A stretch of DNA of 64,000 nucleotides from positions 4,160,001 through 4,224,000 of the forward strand of contig OZ253580.1 of NCBI GenBank assembly GCA_965263035.1. Direction: 5' to 3'. The DNA is from Acidobacteriota bacterium (GTDB lineage Bacteria; Acidobacteriota; UBA6911; RPQK01; JAJDTT01). The notes under the pieces are model-generated. The model saw nothing but the letters and a program-made list of their open reading frames with translations. It was not told the origin of the DNA and made no database searches. Made by a program: the position numbers and the translations under genes. Shown in pieces: positions 57,527-64,000 of the stretch. Within the stretch, counting starts at the first letter, position 1. Each line of letters opens with the position of its first letter.

Positions 57527-58843
57527 ATGCCGCTGGGACGGGAACACGCTGGAGACCAGGATTTGGAACAGGATCGTCCGGAGCGAGAGGCGGTATCCGG
57601 TGGCGTCGCGGTGGCGACGGCGGCTATGGACCGGTACAACGGCCGGATCCTCATTCTGAAGTCGTTCCTGATCTATTTCGCCGCGCCCGTCGTCTACGTC
57701 GGCATTGTCCAGGCGGCCCTGTGCGACCGCCTCGGCGCCAGCGCCACGGTGTCCAACCTGCCTGCCTCCACCTATCTCCTGGGATCGGTGGCCCCCCTGG
57801 TTCTCTCCTGGCTCATTCCCCATCGGCGGACCCGCACCACGCTGGTGGTCGCCTACCTGGTGACCATGTCCGCCTTCCTGATGGTTCTGGCCACCCTGGT
57901 CCTCCCCGTCTCCAATACGGTGCGATTGTGGGCCGTGGTGGGCCAGGGTCTGATTCAGGGGGTTTCGGCGTCGGTGGCCCACGTCTACGGTTTCCAATGC
58001 CTGAAACGCGGCACGACTCCCAAGGGCCGGGCCAGGGCGTTGAAGTGGGCCTACGCGGTGTCGCCGATGGCCGGGGTGGCCGGCTCCCTCTGGGCTCAGT
58101 TCGTCCTGGGAGGAGGCATCGAGGGGCTTGCCTTCCCCTATGACTTCGGTCTCCTCTACCTGACGGGTGTGCCCTGCATGGTGGCCATCTCGGTCCTGTC
58201 GAGCCGCTATCGGCTGCTGGACATCCAGGAGGAAAAGGCGCCCAACCTGCTTCCCTATCTCTGGAGGAGTCTCCGTTCCTTCTGGACCCTCCGGATTCTG
58301 CTCCTGGTCTGGCTCGCCTACTTCTTCTGGTATCTGACCATCAACACCATGCCCAACCTGTCGCTCTTCGCCCGCGAAGCCCTGAGTCGGGAGCCCCAGG
58401 AGCTCTCGGGCTGGATGATGGCCCTGCGCTTCGGATTCAAATGCGTGGGGGGATTCGTGCTGGGGGTGATCGCCATCCGATGGGGCATGCGAGCCCCGCT
58501 TCTGACCTGTGCCGTTCTCGTGGGTGCCGCCGTCCTCTGGGCCTGGTTCATCCCCGGGCACCTGTACCTGCTGGCCTTCGGCATCATGGGCGCCGGAGAG
58601 TTGGGAGGCGTCTACTTCCCCAACTACGTCATCAGCATCTCTTCGGCCGCCGACTCCACCCGCAATCTGGCCATCCTCGGGTTGGTGACTCCGGTGAGCA
58701 GCCTGGGCCCGGCGCTGCACGGCGGGCTCGCCGACACCCTCGGTTTCCCGGCCAGCTTCCTCTTCGGAGTGACGGCAGCGCTGATATCGTTGACGCTGAT
58801 TCTGAGGCTCTCGCCCCAAACGTCCCCGGTCCGCCCCGGGTGA
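57527..58843 (+). CDS. MFS transporter
   Basis: About 12 hydrophobic segments and GGLADTLG. Start uncertain. Confidence 0.8.
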   Translation: MPLGREHAGDQDLEQDRPEREAVSGGVAVATAAMDRYNGRILILKSFLIYFAAPVVYVGIVQAALCDRLGASATVSNLPASTYLLGSVAPLVLSWLIPHRRTRTTLVVAYLVTMSAFLMVLATLVLPVSNTVRLWAVVGQGLIQGVSASVAHVYGFQCLKRGTTPKGRARALKWAYAVSPMAGVAGSLWAQFVLGGGIEGLAFPYDFGLLYLTGVPCMVAISVLSSRYRLLDIQEEKAPNLLPYLWRSLRSFWTLRILLLVWLAYFFWYLTINTMPNLSLFAREALSREPQELSGWMMALRFGFKCVGGFVLGVIAIRWGMRAPLLTCAVLVGAAVLWAWFIPGHLYLLAFGIMGAGELGGVYFPNYVISISSAADSTRNLAILGLVTPVSSLGPALHGGLADTLGFPASFLFGVTAALISLTLILRLSPQTSPVRPG

Positions 58844-58937
58844 CGAGAGGGAGGGGGACCCGGTGGTCTGACGCCGGGAACGTGAGTTTGTTCGGTGGGG
58901 GTGTTCGACCCGTGTCCGGTGTCACCGAAACTCCTGT

Positions 58938-59351
58938 TTATCTGAGCACTTCAAACGCGAACCTGCGGCCACGCCCGTAACGATAGATTGCAAAATCGCT
59001 GTCGAAGGTGATCACACGCGAGATGCCGAGTCGCTCCATGAGCGCGAAGGAAGTGCGATCGACGAGAGAGAAGTCCTGATCCGGGAAGCGTTCTCCGATC
59101 GCCCAGGCGGCTTCGAGATCAGCATTGGTGGTCTGTTCAACAGTTGAGACGCCACCACGCAGAGCCCCCCAGAAGGTTTCCGCTGCATCAGCGGAGATGT
59201 AGTGGTGGATAAGTCGCCAAGTTTCGGCCAGCACGTGTTCACTCGTGACGAGTGATTCATCCGTCGACAGCAGTCGCTTCGCACGGCCATTGTATCGGTC
59301 GCTCCGATCGGCGGCGGCATACCAGACCGAGGTGTCCACGAAGATACTCAT
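58938..59351 (-). CDS. vapC: VapC PIN-domain toxin
   Basis: MSIFVDTS, LAET, FSLVDRTS and TFDSDF. Confidence 0.9.
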   Translation of the reverse strand: MSIFVDTSVWYAAADRSDRYNGRAKRLLSTDESLVTSEHVLAETWRLIHHYISADAAETFWGALRGGVSTVEQTTNADLEAAWAIGERFPDQDFSLVDRTSFALMERLGISRVITFDSDFAIYRYGRGRRFAFEVLR

Positions 59352-59608
59352 GACGAGTCGGACCCTCGGCGCTTGCGGGCGCCAATCGCTTCCGCAATCA
59401 TGCGGGACTTTTCGGATGCGATGTCCGTCCCCTCGGAGGAGCCGAGATCGAATACCAGGGATCGATCGGTGTTCCTGGAGGGCTGGGACAAGTCCTGGTC
59501 CACCAGCCGGCGCATGTATTCGGCGAGTGAAATGCCAAGGTCGGCTGCCCGTGCACGAACTCGGGAGTGAACCTCCGCGCTGAGGGAAATCTGAGTTCGT
59601 ACCATCAT
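59348..59608 (-). CDS. RHH-type antitoxin
   Basis: RTQISL...LGISLAEYMRRLV. ATGA overlap with vapC. Confidence 0.8.
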   Translation of the reverse strand: MMVRTQISLSAEVHSRVRARAADLGISLAEYMRRLVDQDLSQPSRNTDRSLVFDLGSSEGTDIASEKSRMIAEAIGARKRRGSDSS

Positions 59609-59640
59609 TATGGCAACATCTTAATATCACTATAATGATG
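59603..59640. promoter_or_regulatory. Inverted repeat over the antitoxin start and promoter
   Basis: CATCATTAT-N20-ATAATGATG. Confidence 0.45.
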
Positions 59641-59779
59641 TCTCAAGATAGCGCTGGGGTGAAGGCGTGGGGAAGGTTTGGGATCTGCAGGGCGCCAGGG
59701 TGAATCTCTCCCGGCCGCTCAGTTCGGCCGGCGCGGCACGTGGCGAGTTGGATTCGCTTCCGATGATCGATCCAGCTAG

Positions 59780-59938
59780 GAGTCTGCGCGGTAGAAATGA
59801 TCGTAGCGAGAAAGTGGGGAATCGAGGCCAGATTTTCTCGATTTGGAGGTGCATAGTTGTTCTATTCGCCGAGAAATCGAGGAAATATGGACCGATTCTA
59901 CCGCTTTCGCAGTAGATCCATTTCTGCCGCGCAGGCTC
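59780..59938. mobile_element. 159-bp palindromic MITE (family C)
   Basis: TIRs gagtctgcgcggtagaaatg / catttctgccgcgcaggctc, inner IR ccagattttctcgattt / aaatcgaggaaatatgg, and a CTAG duplication at 59776-59779 and 59939-59942. Confidence 0.8.
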
Positions 59939-60142
59939 CTAGGATCTGGCATGTCCGGACGGATGACTCTTCATCCTGAAAGGGTGTTCCGTCCGTCCTG
60001 GGTGAAACGGAGGCGCTGTCGATTTAGAGCCCCTTGGATTTCAAGTATCGTCGTCTATCATTTAAGGGATTTCCGTGAGTCTGCGTTCCGAGCCCACTGT
60101 GAGCCGACGTATGGAAAACATCGAATTCGGAGATCCTGAGCA

Positions 60143-61978
60143 ATGAGTGTTGACCCGAGGCCGGCCACCCTGGAAAAGGCTCTGGGCAACATGACGATCG
60201 CGAACCTCCAGCCGATGATGGAGGTGCTGTCCGTCCCCGAGCCGCGGCCGACCCGAAAGCCGGCCATCATAGCAACCGTCCGACTCCGGCTGACTGAAGA
60301 TGTGTTACGAACGATATGGCGGTATCTGGATGAAACCCAGCAGCTCGCGGTGTCGGAAACGCTCTACAGCCCGGAGCATCGATTCCATCCCCAACATTTT
60401 TACGCCGTATACGGTGCGCTGCCGGAGGGCATCAATAAGAGCTATGTCCGGGAATTTTCGCCGCTGCATTTTTTTCTCTATCCGCCGTTCAGTTACCGGG
60501 ATCTTCCGATCGTCATCCCCAAGGATCTCGAGCCGCAACTCGTGAAGTTCGTCCCCCGGCCGCCGGAACCGGCCATCAATTCTCTGGATGAGGTTCCGGA
60601 CTTCCTAGATCGGCGCCGCCGCACCCACGGTTCCGAGAAACCGGAGTTCGATCGGGTGCCCATGATCCGACGCGGCATGGAGCCGGTTGCGGTGCCCGAC
60701 CTGTTCGCCGTGCTGCATCTGATCGACGGGGGCAAGATCGCCGTCAGCGTGAAAACGTGGAGGCCTACGGCGGTTTCCGTCCGACGCATCGCGGAGGTGC
60801 TGTACGGCGGCGACTTCTTCGACCCGACTGCGACGAAGCGACAGGGTCAGATGATCGGCCCCATCCGGGCATTCGCTTGGCCCTGGATGGTGCAAGCCGC
60901 CCAACTCGCCGAATTGCGGGGCTCCAAGCTGGCTTTGACCAAGGCTGGACGCGCGGCATTCGTAGCTCCGCCCGAAAAGACGTTGCGACGCATCTGGGAG
61001 CGATGGTTGAAGAGCACCTTGTTGGACGAGTTCAGCCGCGTGGACGACATCAAGGGCCAGTTTCGAGGACGGGGCAGGCAGATGATGACGTCGCCGCGAA
61101 AGCGCCGACCCGTGATCGCCGAGGCGCTCGCGAAATGCCCCGTGGGCGGCTGGGTCCAGGTGGACGGTCTCTTTCGCTTTATGCACGCGACGGGGCTTGG
61201 TTTCGGCGTCACCCGGGATCCTCGGAGTCTCTACCTCGTCGACCCGGAGTACGGGAGCCTCGGCCATGCCGAAGGTCTGCTCTGGAACTTCGTCGAGGGT
61301 CGCTATGCCCGGTGTCTGTTGTTCGAGTACGCGGCCACACTGGGGATGGTGGACGTCGCTTTCACCGACCCGCGGGGCGCGCGGTTGGACTACACGCACC
61401 TGTGGGGCGCCGATGAGTTTGATTTCTTGAGCCGCTACGACGGCCTGGAGTATGTTCGACTCAATCCGCTCGGCGCCTACTGCCTCGGCCAGACCAAGGC
61501 CTACGAGCCGACCACGCCTACGATTCGCACCGCCCTGACTCTCCAGACCGATCTTCGCGTTCATGCGGCGGCGCCGCTGACGCCTCAAGAACGTCTGATG
61601 CTGGAGGCCTATGCCCAGGCTGAGTCCGACGGTGTCTGGCGACTGGATCTCTTACGTTCACTTACGGCCGCCGAGAGCGGTCAGGACGTGGCGAGACTGA
61701 GGAGATTTCTCGCCGCGCGCGACGATCAGCCGTTGCCGGAGAGGGTCGAAGGATTCCTCCGCAGCGTCGAGCGCGGTGCGAGCGCTCTGACGCCCAAGGG
61801 CAGGGCCTGGTTGATTGAATGCCGGGACCGGAAAGTCGCCGACCGGATCGTTGCCGACCGGCGGGCGGCCAAGCTCTGCCTGCGCGCCGGCCTCCGCCAA
61901 CTCGTCGTTCATGCAGGATCCGAAGCGGCGTTTCGGCGAGTGGCCCGCGCCTTGGGGTACGCTTTGTCCTTGCGTTGA
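60143..61978 (+). CDS. Helicase-associated (XPB-type Helicase_C_3-like C-domain) protein, paralog 1
   Basis: C-terminal VWRLDLLRSLTAAESGQDV..LRRFL......LPERVEGFL motif. No Walker A/B motif seen. Confidence 0.65.
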   Translation: MSVDPRPATLEKALGNMTIANLQPMMEVLSVPEPRPTRKPAIIATVRLRLTEDVLRTIWRYLDETQQLAVSETLYSPEHRFHPQHFYAVYGALPEGINKSYVREFSPLHFFLYPPFSYRDLPIVIPKDLEPQLVKFVPRPPEPAINSLDEVPDFLDRRRRTHGSEKPEFDRVPMIRRGMEPVAVPDLFAVLHLIDGGKIAVSVKTWRPTAVSVRRIAEVLYGGDFFDPTATKRQGQMIGPIRAFAWPWMVQAAQLAELRGSKLALTKAGRAAFVAPPEKTLRRIWERWLKSTLLDEFSRVDDIKGQFRGRGRQMMTSPRKRRPVIAEALAKCPVGGWVQVDGLFRFMHATGLGFGVTRDPRSLYLVDPEYGSLGHAEGLLWNFVEGRYARCLLFEYAATLGMVDVAFTDPRGARLDYTHLWGADEFDFLSRYDGLEYVRLNPLGAYCLGQTKAYEPTTPTIRTALTLQTDLRVHAAAPLTPQERLMLEAYAQAESDGVWRLDLLRSLTAAESGQDVARLRRFLAARDDQPLPERVEGFLRSVERGASALTPKGRAWLIECRDRKVADRIVADRRAAKLCLRAGLRQLVVHAGSEAAFRRVARALGYALSLR

Positions 61979-62044
61979 AGTTCTCGCGGTTGAACGCGAT
62001 GCGTCCTGAGGCCGGGGAGCCATCGATCTCGGAGACCCTGAGCA

Positions 62045-63895
62045 ATGAGAATCAAACCACCGTCCGCCACCCTGAAGCAGGCCCTGTCGACACTGTCGGT
62101 TCCTACCCTCAAACCGATGATGAATCTGCTGTCCATTCCCAAGCCGCGGCCGAGATTGAAGGCGGACATGGTGGAGGCGATCTCGCTCCGTCTGACTGGC
62201 AGGTCGTTGAGAGAATTGTGGGAGCGGCTTGACAAGACTCAGCAGTTGGCGGTGAAGGAAGCGCTCTATGGCCTGGAGGGCCGATTCGAGGCCAAGCGGT
62301 TTCGCGCCAAGTACGGAGTGTTGCCGAAGCGCATCGACAAAGGCGATACCACTGAGCCTACTCTGTTGCACCTGTTTCTCTATCCTCCGGACAGCTACCG
62401 GTATTTTGCACCGACCACCATCCCCAGAGACTTCGTGAAGCACCTCCGGGAGTTTGTGCCCGAGCCGGAGGAACCGACCGTTTCTGCGGTGGATGAAATT
62501 CCGGAATTCATCGATCGGCGCCGGATCGCCTTCGTTCCCAAGGGTCAGAAACCGCGATTCGACAGAGTGCTCCTGACTCGGCGCGCCATGGAGCAGCCTG
62601 CGGCTTACGACCTGTTCGCGGTGCTGCGTCTGGTCGATCAAGGCAAGATCTCCGTCAGCGCGAAAACGCGGCGCGCGTCGGCGGTTTCCGTGCGCCGCAT
62701 CGCGGAGGTGCTGCACGGCGGCGACTTCTTCGACCCGAACCAGAAGAAGAGGAAGAGCTGGGAACAGACGATTGGGCCGATCCGGGCATTCGCTTGGCCC
62801 TGGCTGGTGCAGGCCGGCAAGCTGGTCCAACGGCGCGGCTCCAAGCTGGTGTTGAACAAGGCCGGGCGCGCGGCCTTCACGGCCCCGCCCGCCGAGACGC
62901 TGCGGCGGATCTGGCAGTGGTGGCTGAAGAGCACGTTGTTGGACGAGTTCAGCCGCATGGAGGACATCAAGGGCCAGCACCGGGGGCGGGGCAAACGGAC
63001 GATGACTGCCGTGCGGCACCGCCGGCCCCTGATCGACGACGCGCTCGCCGAATGCCCCGTGGGGGATTGGGTCCAGGTGGACGAATTCTTCCGCTTCATG
63101 GAGGCGGCGGAACTGGACGTCAGCGTCACGCGGGATCCGTGGCGCCTCTACCTCGTTGAGATGCGGCACGGTAGCTTTGGCTTTGCCGGCAATCACGAGT
63201 GGAGTCTGCTCCAGGGACGCTATGTCCTGTGCTTGTTGCTCGAGTACGTGGCCACCCTGGGTTTGGTGGACGTCGCGTTCACCGACCCGCACGGGGCCCG
63301 GTGGGACTTCCGGCACATGTGGGGTGCGGACGATCTGGAATTCCTGAGCCGTTACGACGGGCTGGAGTATTTCCGGCTCAATCCCCTGGGCGCCTATTGT
63401 GTCGGCCAGACGGACGAATACGAGCCGGGCAGTCCGCCGATTCGAACCGCTCTGACTCTGTATACCGACCTGCGGGTCGAATCGGCGACACCGCTGCCGC
63501 CCGAGGAACTCGTGGTGCTGGAGACCTATGCCCGGGTCGAGTCCGACGGGGTCTGGCGACTGGATCTCACGCGCGCTCTCACGGCCGTCGAGAGCGGTCA
63601 GGACGTGACCCAGTTGAGGGAGTTTCTTGACGCGCGCGACGATCAGCCGCTGCCGGAGAAGGTCGAAGGCTTTATCCGAAGCGTCGAGCTCGGCGCGCGC
63701 GCCTTGAAGCGGAAGGGCCCGGCCCTGTTGATCGAGTGCGCGGACAAGGAGATCGCCGAACGGATTGCCGCCGACCGGCGGGCGGCCAAGTACTGCGTGC
63801 GCGCCGGTCCGCGCGGGCTCGTCGTTCCGGCAAGATCCGAAGCGGCCTTTCGGCGGGCCGCCCATGCCCTGGGGTACGCTCTTCCCGCGGGCTGA
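62045..63895 (+). CDS. Helicase-associated (Helicase_C_3-like C-domain) protein, paralog 2
   Basis: Full-length colinear paralog of 60143-61978, sharing GPIRAFAWP, LLDEFSR, FLSRYDGLEY and RLNPLGAYC. Confidence 0.65.
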   Translation: MRIKPPSATLKQALSTLSVPTLKPMMNLLSIPKPRPRLKADMVEAISLRLTGRSLRELWERLDKTQQLAVKEALYGLEGRFEAKRFRAKYGVLPKRIDKGDTTEPTLLHLFLYPPDSYRYFAPTTIPRDFVKHLREFVPEPEEPTVSAVDEIPEFIDRRRIAFVPKGQKPRFDRVLLTRRAMEQPAAYDLFAVLRLVDQGKISVSAKTRRASAVSVRRIAEVLHGGDFFDPNQKKRKSWEQTIGPIRAFAWPWLVQAGKLVQRRGSKLVLNKAGRAAFTAPPAETLRRIWQWWLKSTLLDEFSRMEDIKGQHRGRGKRTMTAVRHRRPLIDDALAECPVGDWVQVDEFFRFMEAAELDVSVTRDPWRLYLVEMRHGSFGFAGNHEWSLLQGRYVLCLLLEYVATLGLVDVAFTDPHGARWDFRHMWGADDLEFLSRYDGLEYFRLNPLGAYCVGQTDEYEPGSPPIRTALTLYTDLRVESATPLPPEELVVLETYARVESDGVWRLDLTRALTAVESGQDVTQLREFLDARDDQPLPEKVEGFIRSVELGARALKRKGPALLIECADKEIAERIAADRRAAKYCVRAGPRGLVVPARSEAAFRRAAHALGYALPAG

Positions 63896-64000
63896 AGTGC
63901 TCGTACCGGTTCACCTCTCAGTTCTTCCGACCCTGCTGTCTACAGCGTCTTGAGGCGATGCCGCGTCCGGTTCCGAGGACGCCCCTCCTCCCGGTGCACT

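Noticed and set aside
59352-59630. N-terminal extension of the 230-aa ORF call (58938-59630)
   Set aside because: It overlaps the antitoxin in another frame. The PIN domain starts at MSIFVDTS (59351).

Overview
GC-rich bacterial chromosomal window. It is probably from an Acidobacteriota- or PVC-like organism (DUF1501/DUF1549-DUF1553/PPC module, Tat-exported carbohydrate enzymes) and may be host- or sponge-associated (plant-type LRR, M12 metalloprotease and YWTD surface-protein domains); both assignments are inference. The backbone is catabolic: three enolase-superfamily enzymes, a DHDPS-family aldolase, putative glycosidases and a sialidase, two amidohydrolases, a PIG-L protein, two MFS transporters, a penta-heme cytochrome with a propeller partner, hldD/rfaE2 and a Kef-type antiporter. 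A dense layer of mobile DNA lies on top. It includes a complete IS4 whose transposase is fused to a DUF4338 (Druantia DruA-like) domain, two IS1182 copies hit at the same nucleotide by different elements, and an IS1595 carrying a coupled cargo operon (a deleted methyltransferase-Mrr gene and a small ORF). There are also three families of palindromic MITEs, one of which sits in frame inside a tyrosine integrase, plus relics of IS3, IS21, Tn3 and a prophage or ICE, four toxin-antitoxin loci (two intact, two decayed) and two islands bounded by duplicated host-gene sequence. I saw no rRNA, tRNA, CRISPR array or reverse transcriptase. Family calls come from motifs read by eye, not from database searches.
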